A stretch of 42,086 bases of DNA from Chiloscyllium plagiosum (GCF_004010195.1 NC_057741.1:3380742-3422827); one strand, 5' to 3'. Positions 12,903 to 25,800 are shown, counted from the first letter of the stretch. The notes: a model not told the origin generated them from the letters alone. Translations and numbers: made by a program.

Positions 12903-13530
12903 GCCATAACACCATAAGACATAGGAATGGAAGCAAGGCCATTCGGCCCATTGAGTCCACTCCACCATTTATTCATGGCTGATGGGCATTTCAACGCCAC
13001 TTACCCGCACTCTCCCCGTAGCCCTTAATTCCTTGCGAGATCAAGAATTTATCAATCTCTGCCTTGAAGACATTTAACGTCCCGGCCTCCACTGCGCTCT
13101 GTGGCAATGAATTCCACAGGCCCACAACTCTCTAATGTCTCCTAATTTCTGTTCTAAATTGACCCCCTCTAATTTTAAGGCTAAGCCCACAACGTCCTAG
13201 TCTCCCCGCCTAACGGAAACAACTTCCCAGCATCCACCCTTTATAAGCCATGCATTATCTTGTAAGTTTCTATTAGATTTCCCCTCAACCTTCTAAACTC
13301 TAATGAATACAGTCCCAGGATCCTCAGCCATTCATCGTATGTTAGGCCTATCATTCCAGGGATCATCCATGTGAATCTCCGCTGGACACATTGCAGTGCC
13401 AGTGTGTCCTTCCTCAGGTGTGGGGCCCAAGATTGGACTCAGTATTCTAAATGGGGCCTAACTAGAACTTTATAAAGTCTCAGAAGCACATCGTTGCTTT
13501 TATATTCCAAACCTCTTGAGATAAATGATA
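12903..13530 (-). mobile_element. CR1 LINE 3' fragment (second subfamily)
   Basis: CCATAAGAC-type tail; reverse complement encodes LVRPHLEY*VQSWAPHLRKD and VGLWNSLPQSAVEA. Confidence 0.85.
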
Positions 13531-13704
13531 AATAAGCTCCTATCCCTGCAGTGCCCCATCACAAGAGTTTGACCAAGTCCTCATAGAATTGGCCTTCAAT
13601 ATCCCAAGGTTTAATGATTATTGGGACATTTTCACTGACCCTTGTTGTATACTTTTTCACCGATGGCAGAGTTATATCCCAACTTCTTGAAATATCAACT
13701 TGCT

Positions 13705-14280
13705 AGTGCATTGAATATAGGGGTCGGGAGGTCATGTTGCAGCTGTAGAGGGCATTGGTTAGGCCACTTTTGGAATTCTGCTTTCAATTCTGGTCTCCCT
13801 GATACAGGAAGGATGTTGTTAAAATTTTAAAAATTCAGAAAAGATTTGTAAGGATGTTACCAGGGTTGGAGGGTTGAACTACTAGTGGAGGCTGGGTAGG
13901 CTGAGTCTGTTTTCCCTGGGAGGCTGAGAGGTGATCTTAAAGAAGTTTATAAAATCAAAGGGGCATATTTTTCCCCAGGGTAGGGGCAGTCCAAAACTAG
14001 AGTCATAGGGTTAGGTGAGAGGGGAAAGACTTAAAATGGACCTAAGAGGTAACTTTTTCACACAGAGGGTTGTGTGTCTGTGGAATGAGCTGCCAGAGGA
14101 AGTGGTGGAGTCTGGTACAATTACAACATTGAAAAGGCATCTGGTTGGGTAGATGAAGAGGAAGGGTTTGGAGGGATATGGGCCGAGTGTGGCAAAAAGG
14201 ACGAGATTAATTTAGGAGATCTGGTTGACATGGACGAGTTGGACGGAGGAGTTTGTTTCTGTGCTGTATGAATCTATGAT
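13705..14280 (+). mobile_element. CR1 LINE 3' fragment
   Basis: GGTTAGGCCACTTTTGGAAT...AGGCTGAGAGGTGATCTT...TGGAATGAGCTGCCAGAGG, ending in a TCTATG tail. Confidence 0.85.
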
Positions 14281-15099
14281 AGCAAACCCAACACCGGCTT
14301 CTCAGACCTCACAGTTTGTGTTGCCTGTCCAGAGAACAGGGAGCCACTGCTAACTTGATTAATGAGGGCCTTCTCTGTTAGTTGGGTTTCACATGAAACA
14401 GTATTGTGATACCTCCTGAAAGCTAGAGTACTTCAACGCTGGACTGAGGAGCTCTTGTCTTTGTCAAATAGATTTTGCACATTCCACAAAGTCACATGGA
14501 GTTCCCTCTTCATGTTTTGTCTCACTCACAATATACTGTGGTCCATGGGTAAGTGCTAAAGGAGTGCATTTTAGGGGAGAGTGGAAATGTGCGTGAGGAA
14601 CCCAGTAAAGTGTACATACAAGAAATGCCTTGTGCGTGAGATGATTACAGTGGGGATGGACTGAACTTCACCAACCCCACTCTCTCAGTCTCACACATCT
14701 GTTCCCAATCGCTTGATAAGTCAAACCAACTGGAAATGTGGTTGACCACAGTAAGTGATTTGCAACACCTTCTGAGCCAATGTCAATGAATCTTACAGCT
14801 GTCCAGACAGCTGTGCTGTGATACTTTCAGTACCAGTCGGGGAATACCATTTCCTTCTTACATTCGTCAAAGCAGCTTTATTTGTGCACTTGAGAAAGAG
14901 TATTTTGAAGTAAACATTCTCCCTCAGATGTGCTAACCTCACCTGGCTTGGCCTGTGAGTGTATGAACATACAAGTTAGGAGCAACAGTCGATCACTAAG
15001 CCCCTCAAATCTATTCTGCTATTTAATATTGTTGATTGTACAGTCAACTTCGCATCCTCTCCTGCAAAATTTTAGTTGCGGATTCAGTGAGCAACATAA

Positions 15100-18000
15100 C
15101 TGAGTTGGGGCTGGATGACTCAAGGGAAAACCACAGTACTATGGTGGCCAAGGCTACTCTGGGGAAAGATAGAGAGACTGGTAGCAGATTAGTTAATGTA
15201 GTAGTTGTGGGTGACTCAATAGTTCAAGGGATAGACAGTCTTGTTTGCAGCTGAGATCCTGAATCCCTTTTGTCTCTCTAGTGCAAGGCTTCAGGATTTA
15301 ATGAAATGACTGGATAAACTTCCAGAAAGAGAGGATGAACATCCAATGGTTGTGACTCATGTGGGAACTAACTACATTCATAGGGACAGCTTGGAGGACT
15401 TGCTGGATCAGTTTCAGGAGTCAGGGAGTAGGTTGAAACGTAGGACCACAAGGGTAGCAATCTCAGAAATACTACCTGTGCTATGTGCTTCACAATTTAA
15501 GCACAGAGTGATGAATGTGTGGCTTGAGGGATGGTGTAGAAGGGAAGGGTTTACATTTTTGGGGACATTGGGATCATTTTTGGGAAAGGAAAAAGCTGGT
15601 CACCTGAGCAAAAACAGAATGAAGCTCCGAGCTGAGAAAGTTAATAATGTGGTGAGGATGGATTTAAACTTGTAAGGCAGGGGGTAGGTTGACTAATAGG
15701 CCTAGTTTTGGAAGTACCAAAGACTGCAAAAGACAGAAGATGGGGAACAGGGAAAAAGAAATGAAGGAAAGTTCGAGCACTGGCAGTGAAGAAAGAAATT
15801 ATTGCCTCACAATGGACAAGAAAGAGATAAGGGCGAGGTTAAATTGTATGTATGTAAATCCACAGAGTATTGTGAAAGGAACTGGGGTTCTGGAAGCAGA
15901 AATTTCTCCAGAGGTACATGACATTGCAGCATTGACAGAAATGTGGCTCAAGCCAGCGCGGGACTGGGTTCTAAGGCTTTTGGTAGAAACCAGGTGGATA
16001 AAAAGGGAGGAACTGTAGCAGTCTTGGTCAAAGAGAGTATCACTACCCTTGAATGAGATACATTTCCTGAAATCGAATCTAAATGGTTGGAGGTTGGAGC
16101 AGTGATTTTGTCAGGTGTTCATTATAATCCTCCAAATTATGGGGAGGGAGCAGAAGAGAACATTCGTAGGCAGATGAAAATCTGCAGGACAAATAGGGTT
16201 GTGGTAGTTGGTGATTTCAATTACCCTAGGGTAGACTGGGGAGAAGGGTCTGAGTGGGATGCTCTTCGGAGGGTTGGTGCAGACTCAATGGGCCAAATGG
16301 CCTCTTTCTTCACTATAGGGATTCTATAATTCTAAGACAGGCTAAGACTGGAATAAGGACGGCTATGAGGAAGCATGAGGAAAGGATGGCAGGCTACATT
16401 AAAACAAACAGTACAATGTTCTTCAAACAATTTAAAAGTAATACATTCATGAGGGAATAAGCAGAGCAAGCTGCTCAATGAGCAAAAGATATGGCAGAGT
16501 TACTAAATGAATGCTTCACTTCTGTCTTTACCAAATCAGAAAATAGTGACAATGGCTGCATTGAAAATGGAAGTGTTATGTGAGAGAGACTGGTAGGCAG
16601 ATTAGCTGAGGTATAATTCTGGGTGACTCAATAGTTCAAGAGACAAACAGTCTAGTTTACAGCCAAGATCATGTAGTGATAGATAATGAAGAGGTCCGAA
16701 AAGACTGGCAGCACTCCAAGTAGAGAAGTCTCCAGGCAGGCATGGGTTACAGCCTAGATTGCTAAGAGAGGAAAGACAGCAAATTGCAAAGCTGTTGACA
16801 GAAACTTTCTAGACCTTTCTGAACAGAGAATTAGTCCCGGGGACCAGGAATTGCACTTGTGACATTGCTGTTTCAGAACGGGGCAAAGGATAACTCAAGA
16901 AACTGCAAAAATATCCATTTGAAATCAATAGTGGACAACTTCAAGGAGGCTATAATAGAGAATAAAGTCAATTTACACCTAGAGAAGATTAATTTAATAC
17001 TAGACAGTCAACATGGCTTTATCAAGGGCGGGATATGCCTGACAAATTTGGTATTTTTCGTTCATTCATGGGATGTGGGCATCACTGGCTAGGCCATCAT
17101 TTATGATTGCCTCAAGGGAAATTAAAAGTCAGCCACATTGCTGTGGGTCTGGAGTCACATGTAGGCCAGACTGGGTAAGAATGCCCTAAGGTACAGTAGT
17201 GAACAGATTGTTTCTTCCAAAAATCGACAATAGATTCATGGTTATTATTAGACTCCTAATTCCAGATTTTTATTGAATTTCAAATTTCACCATCTGTCAT
17301 GGTGGGATTCAAACCAGGGTTGAACCAGTCTTGAGTTCTTTGCTGAGGTGACACAGGCAGTGGGTGAGGGTAATGATGTGGTGTTTTACAGTTGGATTTG
17401 TAGAGAGCATTCAATATAGTGGGCGTTGGTTAGTAAATTGGAAATGTTTGGGATTGATGGGTCCTTGGCAGCATGAGCTAGAAGATGATTGAAACAAAGG
17501 AAACCGAAGATAGGTATAGACGGGCATTTCTCACGTTCACAACGAATTGGAAGTGGTGTTCCCCAGGGAAGGAACCCTTGCTTTTTCAAATTTACACACA
17601 TGAGTTGGAGATTGGTGTTGAGGGCAAAATCTCTCAATTTGCATAAGATACCAAGCGAGAAGACGATAGTGAATTGGGAGGATGATGCTAAGCAACTTCA
17701 GGGTGACATTGACAAGTTGGCCAAATGGGCAGACACCTGGCAGATGAATTTCGGTGCAGAGAAATGGGAGGTGATACATTTTGGTAGAAGTAACACAGAG
17801 TGTCTGTACAGGCTCAATGACACAGCTGTGAGGGGAGTACAGGAGCAGAGACACCCTGGTGTTCACATGCATAATTCTTTAAAGGTGGCCAGGCAAGTTG
17901 AAACAGTTCTTAAGAATGCTTATAAGATCCTTGGGTTTATACATAGAGGCATAGAGTACAAAAACAAGGAAGTGATGTTATACCTATACAAATCATTGAT

Positions 18001-18240
18001 CAGACCTGAGTTGGAGCATTGGTTTCAGTCCTGAGCACCTTATGAAGGGAAGGATGTTTAAGCCCTAGAGAGATTTACTAGAATAATACCAGGAATGAGG
18101 GATTTTAAATCCAAGGAAAGATGGGAAAAGTTGGGATTATTCTCCTTGGAGCACAGAAGATTAAAGGGTGAACTTATTGAAGTGTTCAAAATTATGAACA
18201 GCTTTGACGGGGTAAAGAAAGATATTCTGTTTCCACTAGT
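15100..18240 (+). mobile_element. Long degenerate CR1 LINE: SGNH-esterase ORF1 plus APE/RT ORF2
   Basis: VVVVGDSIVQG and VVTHVGTNYI (GDSx/GxND esterase blocks); LNCMYVNPQSIV and VVVVGDFNYP (APE); SQHGFIKG..CLTNL, SGVPQG, LQGDIDKLAKWADTWQMNF, LYKSLIRPELEH (RT). Interrupted by a SINE tail (~16245-16335) and a family-B fragment (~17055-17330). Confidence 0.9.
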
Positions 18241-18499
18241 ATATAATTCTATACCCCAATTACATTTCACACCTTAATTACCATGAATCTATCCATCTAT
18301 GCTTTAAAAATATTCAAAGATGCCTTGTCCATCACCTTGAAGTACAGTGAGAAAGGTTCTGCTCATCTATGTGTTAAGTGGGTGGCCACTTATCTTTAAA
18401 TAGTAAGTCCTAGTTCTAGGTTCTTCCAAAAGAGGAAAACTTTCAATATTCACTCAGTCAAGATCCCTCAGGATCTAATATATTTCAACTGCTTTTGGA

Positions 18500-20110
18500 A
18501 GGTATTGTATGAGGACTCTTGGTGAATTTCTGCAGTACATCTTGTAAATGGTGCTATTGAGTTTCAATTGTGGAGAGAGATTGATTTGAACATATGTACC
18601 AAACAAGCAGCTGCTTTGTCTTGGATGGTGTCAAACCTCTCGTGTTGTTGGAGCTGCACCCATCCAGGTATTCCTGATCTGTGACTTGTAGGTGGTGGAC
18701 AGGCTTTAGAGAGTCAAAGAGATGATTTACCCTCTGCAGTATTCCTCACCTCCAATCTGCCCTTGTGTTTATCTGGGGAGTCCAGTTGAATTTCTGGTCA
18801 ATGGTAACCCCCAGGATGATGATAGTGGAGGATTCAGTCATGATAATGCCACTGAATGTCAAGAAGCAGTGGTTAGATTGTTTCTTATTGGAGATGGTCA
18901 TTGCCTGGCATTTGCACAATTGTTAGTCTTCAGCCCAAGCTAGGCTATTGTCCAAGCCTTGTTGTGTTTACACATGGATTGCTTCAGTATCTGAGAAGTC
19001 ATGAATGGTGCTGAACATTGTGTAATTATCAGCCTTACTATCTGACCTTATAATGGGGGGGGGGGGGGCAAGAGGAATGGGGAAGGTCATTGATGAAGCA
19101 GCTGAAGATGTTCAGGCCGAGTTCGCTACCCTGAGGAACTCCTGCAGTGATATCCTGACCTCCAATAAATACAACCCATTTGTCTTTGTGCCAGGTATAA
19201 CTCCAACCAGCTGAGACCTTTCCACCAATTCGCATTCATTCTGGTTCTGCTAGGGTTCCTTGCTGCCACACTTGTGGCCTCGATATCAAAGACTGTCACT
19301 CTCGCCTCATTTCTGGAACTCAGGTCTTTTCATTAGGACTCAGGCTGTAATGAGATCAAGAGAAGAGTGGCCCTTGTGGGATCCACACTGGGCATCAAGG
19401 ACTGTGTGGTGGTCACTCTTACCGATACTGTCTTGGACAGATGTGTCTGTGGCAGGCAGATCGGTGAGGATGAGGTCTCTCTTGTTGGTACTGCAGACCC
19501 AGTCTGGCAGCTATGTTTTTCAGGATTTGGCCACCTTTGTCAGTAGTTATCTGCTGACTAGACAATCCTGGTGATCGACTTTGAAATCTCCCACCCAAAG
19601 CAGGTTTTGCTATCCTCAGTGCTTTCTCCAAGTGATGATCTGCAGGAGTATGCAGGAGTACTGCTTTATTAGCTGGGGAGGAGGGGCTTATCTAGTAGTC
19701 AGCAGCACGTTCCCTGCCCTATTTGACCTGTTAGGAAGATAGGAGCAAAAGTAGACCATTCAGCCCTTTGAGGCTCTTCAACCATTCAATGAGATCCTGG
19801 CTGATCTGTGGCCAAGCTCCATATACTTGCCTTTCGTCCATATCCATACCATTGGTGAACAAAACATTATCTATCTTAGTTTTAAAATTAACACCTAATC
19901 AGATGCCATTGGACTGCATGTGGTTTGGAGTCAATGTTAAGGACTCCTAGAGTAACTCCTTCCCCACTTTATATCACTCTGCCACCACCTTTGTTGGGTC
20001 TGGTGTGCCAATGAGATAGGATATATCCAGGGATGGTAATGGTGCTGTCGGGCACATTGTCTATAGGGTATGATTCTGTGAGTATGATTATATTAGGCTT
20101 TTGCTTGACT
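18500..20110 (-). mobile_element. Fragmented family-B LINE; its 5' part resumes at ~21545-21840
   Basis: DITAGVPQGSELGLNIFSCFINDLP (RT) and KQKPNIIILTESY..DSTITIPGYILSH..RPNKGGG (APE). Confidence 0.8.
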
Positions 20111-21147
20111 GGACGTTGCAGGCAAGGATGCCCGGAGGCATGGTACATTGGGGTAACCGAGGAAAGGCTACGACAACGGATGAATGGGCACCGCGCAACA
20201 ATCAACAGACAGGAGGGTTCCCTTCCAGTTGGGAAACACTTCAGTGGTCCAGGACATCTTGACCTCAGACCTTCGGGTGACCATCCTCCAAGACAGATTT
20301 CAGGACAGGCAAAAACAAAAAGCGGCCGAGCAGAGGCTGATAGCTAAGTTCGGTACTCATAGGGAGGGCCTCAACCGGGACCTTAGGTTCATGTCACACT
20401 ACAGGTGACCACCATTGCACTGTATACACACACACACAGACACTCCTACACACACACATACACACGGACACACATATACACAGACACTCACACACACCCA
20501 TACAGGCACACACGCTCCCACACTCACACATGCATCCTCTCAGAGACTTAGACGACTCTACATTCATGCACGCACATATGCACTCTCTCTCACAGACACT
20601 CGCAAGCCCCCACCCCAGACACGCACACACACTCCCACACTCACACATGCACCCCCTCACAGACTTAAGACACTCTACACTCACTACACGCACATACTCT
20701 CTCTCATACTCACAACCCCAAACCCTTATACGCACACACAGACAGACACAAAGACCCACATGCACACATATATTTTGTGGGGTGAATTTGTACTTGCAGA
20801 GTTACATTGTACTTTGCTCAAAAACTGCATGAATCCACGTAAGACTCTGTTATCTCACTTTTTAGATTGGAATCAATCTATACATCATGGCACAGACAGA
20901 GAACACAGGGGGCTAACACCTTCAACATATTGTCTAGCTATCACCATTGTTAACAGCTAACCCGAGAATGTAACTTTTAAGAAAAGTGTTTGTGATTTAC
21001 ACATGAAAGAAGTGAAACTATCACTGTATTCTAACAGATGAAAGACTCAACAGACAATCAAAGTATTTTTCAATGTATAATTTCAGTTACATCACACTGT
21101 AAATTTTTGCTATAAATTCTGTGCCTTACAATTGTATCCTCCACTAT

Positions 21148-21182
21148 CACCTGATGAAGGAGCGTCGCTCCGAAAGCTAGTG
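21148..21182 (+). ncRNA. Minimal hammerhead ribozyme (intact core)
   Basis: CAC-CTGATGA-A-GGAGC-GTC-GCTCC-GAA-AGCT-A-GTG: conserved CUGAUGA and GAAA boxes, 5-bp stem II, palindromic stem III (AGCU), UA cleavage site, short CAC/GTG stem I. Confidence 0.85.
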
Positions 21183-21230
21183 CTTCCAATTAAACCTGTT
21201 GGACTATAACCCGGTGTTGTGTGATTTTTA

Positions 21231-21264
21231 ACCTGATGAAGGAGCAGCGCTCCGAAAGCTACTG
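21231..21264 (+). ncRNA. Second tandem minimal hammerhead motif, 82 bp downstream
   Basis: CTGATGA-A-GGAGC-AGC-GCTCC-GAA-AGCT-A; the stem I flanks are altered. Confidence 0.7.
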
Positions 21265-21356
21265 CATCCAATTAAACCTTTTGGACTATAACCTGGTGTT
21301 GTGTGATTTATAACTTTGTATGCCCCAGTCCAACACCGGCATCTCCAAATCATGAT

Positions 21357-21545
21357 TATCCCTATCCATGCCCCTTATGATTTTATAAACCTCAGCCTCT
21401 GATGCTCCAGGGAAAACAGCCCCAGTCTATTTAGCCTCTCCCTATAGCCCAAACCCCCCAACCCTGGCAACATCCTTGTAAATCTTTTCTGAACCCTTTC
21501 AGGTTTCTCAACATCCTTCTGTTAGGAAGGAGACCAGAATGGTAC
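21357..21545 (-). mobile_element. CR1 fragment
   Basis: Reverse complement encodes ERVQKRFTRMLPGLG..YRERLNRLGLFSLE. Confidence 0.8.
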
Positions 21546-22199
21546 ACAACTGAGAGGCTTGCTCGGCCATTTCAAAGGGCAGTTGATAGTCAACCACATT
21601 GCTGTTTTTCTGGAGTCACCGAGATCCAGATAAGGATATCAGATTTCCTTCCCCAGCAGGCATTAGTGAACCAGCTAGTTTTTACAATATCAATAAAGTT
21701 TAATGACGGCTATGAAACCATTAATTTAACTTTGTACTGAATTCAAATTCCATGATCTGCCATGATGGGATTCCACTGAGTCCCCAGAACATAAACTGGG
21801 TCTCTGGATTAATAGTCTGGTGGTAATATCACTGGGCTCTTGTCTTCCTGTGCTTCATGTTCACTCTTAAATAAAGTATATTTGTGAGAAGGTATCTGCC
21901 AGTATCTCATAACTTTACATTGAACGTTTCCAAGTTTCTCATGTAAGATGGGTCATAACTGACGAGAAGGGGAGGAGGGTGCAGATTACACTTTTTTATT
22001 CCTTCCAAGCTGCTCCCTGGCCAATTTATCTCTAGAGCATTGGGAAAGTAGGGGACAGAGATTGAAAGTGAAATAAAGTGAGCTCCCATAAACTCAAAGT
22101 TAGTGCCATATTAATTTTCTTCTGTCTTCTTCCTTATTCAATGAGTCACTAGCATAAACTCAGTAGAAAAAAAAAACCACAAAGACAATAATTGAATTG

Positions 22200-22652
22200 A
22201 ATTAGTTCTATTGCTACATGTACACAAATAACTACAAGTGAAAAGTTTACAAGTCTCCAATTATGGCGCCATCTTAGGTACAAAGTACTGAAACACAGAA
22301 TCTTCAGTACAAGGAAAGAAATATTAGGAAAATAAAGAAAGAGAGAGTCCGGCATTGCAGATTATAGGAATAAATTAGAAAATAGAGAAATAAAAAGTTT
22401 GGAATAACAGTCCTTCCGATAGTCCTGAGCAGCACCTACTCCAGGCCTAGACCCCAACCGCCAGAGCTCACCTCGATGCCCTCGAAGCCTGGAGCTCGCT
22501 CTGGGAACACGTTGAAGGCAGAGATCCACATCAAGAGACCGCCATGAGTTACAGAACGGCCACTGCACCGGGCCAGGAGACTGCCATGCTGGCCTGAAAG
22601 TCCACCACACCAGGATGGCAGCTTACCACCCCAGGCAGAGAGATGGCCACAC
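22200..22652 (-). mobile_element. Unclassified retroelement 3' region hosting the minisatellite seed
   Basis: Reverse-complement end AAACTTTTCACTTGTA...GTACATGT resembles 34810-34860 (AAACTTTTCACTGTAAAAGTACATGTGACAATAAA); one stranded array unit at 22631-22654. Confidence 0.4.
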
Positions 22653-22878
22653 CATAGAACATAGAACATAGAAGAATACAGCGCAGTACAGGCCCTTGGG
22701 CCCTCGATGTTGCGCCGATCCAAGCCCACCTAAACTACACTAACCCACTATCCTCCATATACCTATCCAATGCCCTCTTAAATGCCCATAAAGAGGGAGA
22801 GTCCACCACTGTTACTGGCAGGGCATTCCATGAACTAACGACTCGCTGAGTGAAGAACCTACCCCTAACATCAGTCCT
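22653..22878 (-). mobile_element. Young CR1 3' fragment inserted at the left edge of the minisatellite
   Basis: (CATAGAA)n tail; RTDVRGRFFTQRVVSSWNALP...FKRALDRYM. Confidence 0.9.
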
Positions 22879-22879
22879 A

Positions 22880-25800
22880 CTGGGAGATGGCCAGGCCTGG
22901 CTGGGAGATGGCCAGGCCAGGCTGGGAGATGGCCACACCAGGCAGAGAGATGGCCAGGCCAGGTTGGGAGATGGCCACACCAGGCTGGGAGATGGCCAGG
23001 CCTGGCTGGGAGATGGCCAGGCCAGGCTGGGAGATGGCCACACCAGGCAGAGAGATGGCCAGGCCAGGTTGGGAGATGGCCACACCAGGCTGGGAGATGG
23101 CCACACCAGGCAGAGAGATGGCCAGGCCAGGTTGGGAGATGGCCACACCAGGCTGGGAGATGGCCAGGCCTGGCTGGGAGATGGCCAGGCCAGGCTGGGA
23201 GATGGCCACACCAGGCAGAGAGATGGCCAGGCCAGGTTGGGAGATGGCCACACCAGGCTGGGAGATGGCCAGGCCTGGCTGGGAGATGGCCAGGCCAGGC
23301 TGGGAGATGGCCACACCAGGCAGAGAGATGGCCAGGCCAGGTTGGGAGATGGCCACACCAGGCTGGGAGATGGCCACACCAGGCAGAGAGATGGCCAGGC
23401 CAGGTTGGGAGATGGCCACACCAGGCTGGGAGATGGCCAGGCCTGGCTGGGAGATGGCCAGGCCAGGCTGGGAGATGGCCACACCAGGCAGAGAGATGGC
23501 CAGGCCAGGTTGGGAGATGGCCACACCAGGCTGGGAGATGGCCAGGCCTGGCTGGGAGATGGCCAGGCCAGGCTGGGAGATGGCCACACCAGGCTGGGAG
23601 ATGGCCAGGCCTGGCTGGGAGATGGCCAGGCCAGGCTGGGAGATGGCCACACCAGGCAGAGAGATGGCCAGGCCAGGTTGGGAGATGGCCACACCAGGCT
23701 GGGAGATGGCCACACCAGGCAGAGAGATGGCCAGGCCAGGTTGGGAGATGGCCACACCAGGCTGGGAGATGGCCAGGCCTGGCTGGGAGATGGCCAGGCC
23801 AGGCTGGGAGATGGCCACACCAGGCAGAGAGATGGCCAGGCCAGGTTGGGAGATGGCCACACCAGGCTGGGAGATGGCCAGGCCTGGCTGGGAGATGGCC
23901 AGGCCAGGCTGGGAGATGGCCACACCAGGCAGAGAGATGGCCAGGCCAGGTTGGGAGATGGCCACACCAGGCTGGGAGATGGCCACACCAGGCAGAGAGA
24001 TGGCCAGGCCAGGTTGGGAGATGGCCACACCAGGCTGGGAGATGGCCAGGCCTGGCTGGGAGATGGCCAGGCCAGGCTGGGAGATGGCCACACCAGGCAG
24101 AGAGATGGCCAGGCCAGGTTGGGAGATGGCCACACCAGGCTGGGAGATGGCCAGGCCTGGCTGGGAGATGGCCAGGCCAGGCTGGGAGATGGCCACACCA
24201 GGCAGAGAGATGGCCAGGCCAGGTTGGGAGATGGCCACACCAGGCTGGGAGATGGCCAGGCCTGGCTGGGAGATGGCCAGGCCAGGCTGGGAGATGGCCA
24301 CACCAGGCTGGGAGATGGCCACACCAGGCAGAGAGATGGCCAGGCCAGGTTGGGAGATGGCCACACCAGGCTGGGAGATGGCCAGGCCTGGCTGGGAGAT
24401 GGCCAGGCCAGGCTGGGAGATGGCCACACCAGGCAGAGAGATGGCCAGGCCAGGTTGGGAGATGGCCACACCAGGCTGGGAGATGGCCAGGCCTGGCTGG
24501 GAGATGGCCAGGCCAGGCTGGGAGATGGCCACACCAGGCAGAGAGATGGCCAGGCCAGGTTGGGAGATGGCCACACCAGGCTGGGAGATGGCCACACCAG
24601 GCAGAGAGATGGCCAGGCCAGGTTGGGAGATGGCCACACCAGGCTGGGAGATGGCCAGGCCTGGCTGGGAGATGGCCAGGCCAGGCTGGGAGATGGCCAC
24701 ACCAGGCAGAGAGATGGCCAGGCCAGGTTGGGAGATGGCCACACCAGGCTGGGAGATGGCCAGGCCTGGCTGGGAGATGGCCAGGCCAGGCTGGGAGATG
24801 GCCACACCAGGCAGAGAGATGGCCAGGCCAGGTTGGGAGATGGCCACACCAGGCTGGGAGATGGCCACACCAGGCAGAGAGATGGCCAGGCCAGGTTGGG
24901 AGATGGCCACACCAGGCTGGGAGATGGCCAGGCCTGGCTGGGAGATGGCCACACCAGGCTGGGAGATGGCCAGGCCTGGCTGGGAGATGGCCAGGCCAGG
25001 CTGGGAGATGGCCACACCAGGCAGAGAGATGGCCAGGCCAGGTTGGGAGATGGCCACACCAGGCTGGGAGATGGCCAGGCCAGGCTGGGAGATGGCCACA
25101 CCAGGCAGAGAGATGGCCAGGCCAGGCTGGGAGATGGCCACACCAGGCTGGGAGATGGCCACACCAGGCTGGGAGATGGCCAGGCCAGGCTGGGAGATGG
25201 CCACACCAGGCTGGGAGATGGCCACACCAGGCTGGGAGATGGCCAGGCCATGCTGGGAGATGGCCACACCAGGCTGGGAGATGGCCACACCAGGCAGAGA
25301 GATGGCCAGGCCTGGCTGGGAGATGGCCACACCAGGCTGGGAGATGGCCAGGCCTGGCTGGGAGATGGCCACACCAGGCTGGGAGATGGCCAGGCCTGGC
25401 TGGGAGATGGCCAGGCCTGGCTGGGAGATGGCCAGGCCAGGCTGGGAGATGGCCACACCAGGCTGGGAGATGGCCAGGCCAGGCTGGGAGATGGCCACAC
25501 CAGACTGGGAGATGGCCACACCAGGCTGGGAGATGGCCAGGCCAGGCTGGGAGATGGCCACACCAGGCAGAGAGATGGCCAGGCCAGGTTGGGAGATGGC
25601 CACACCAGGCTGGGAGATGGCCAGGCCTGGCTGGGAGATGGCCAGGCCAGGCTGGGAGATGGCCACACCAGGCTGGGAGATGGCCAGGCCAGGCTGGGAG
25701 ATGGCCACACCAGGCTGGGAGATGGCCATGCCAGGCTGGGGGAGATGGCCACACCAGGCTGGGAGATGGCCACACCAGGCTGGGAGATGGCCAGGCCTGG

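Larger units (their letters stand above)
20113..21356 (+). mobile_element. 5'-truncated Penelope-like element: GIY-YIG C-terminal part, CA-rich linker, pLTR with tandem HHRs
   Basis: CRQGCPEAWYIGVTEERLRQRMNGHR...VGKHF...AEQRLIAKFGTHREGLNRD (GIY-YIG; one frameshift ~20260), then a (CA)n-like tract and an HHR-bearing end. Confidence 0.9.

Noticed and set aside
20394-20960. His/Thr- or Cys/Val-rich ORFs (also 28988-29717)
   Set aside because: Translations of degenerate (CA)n/(TG)n tracts.
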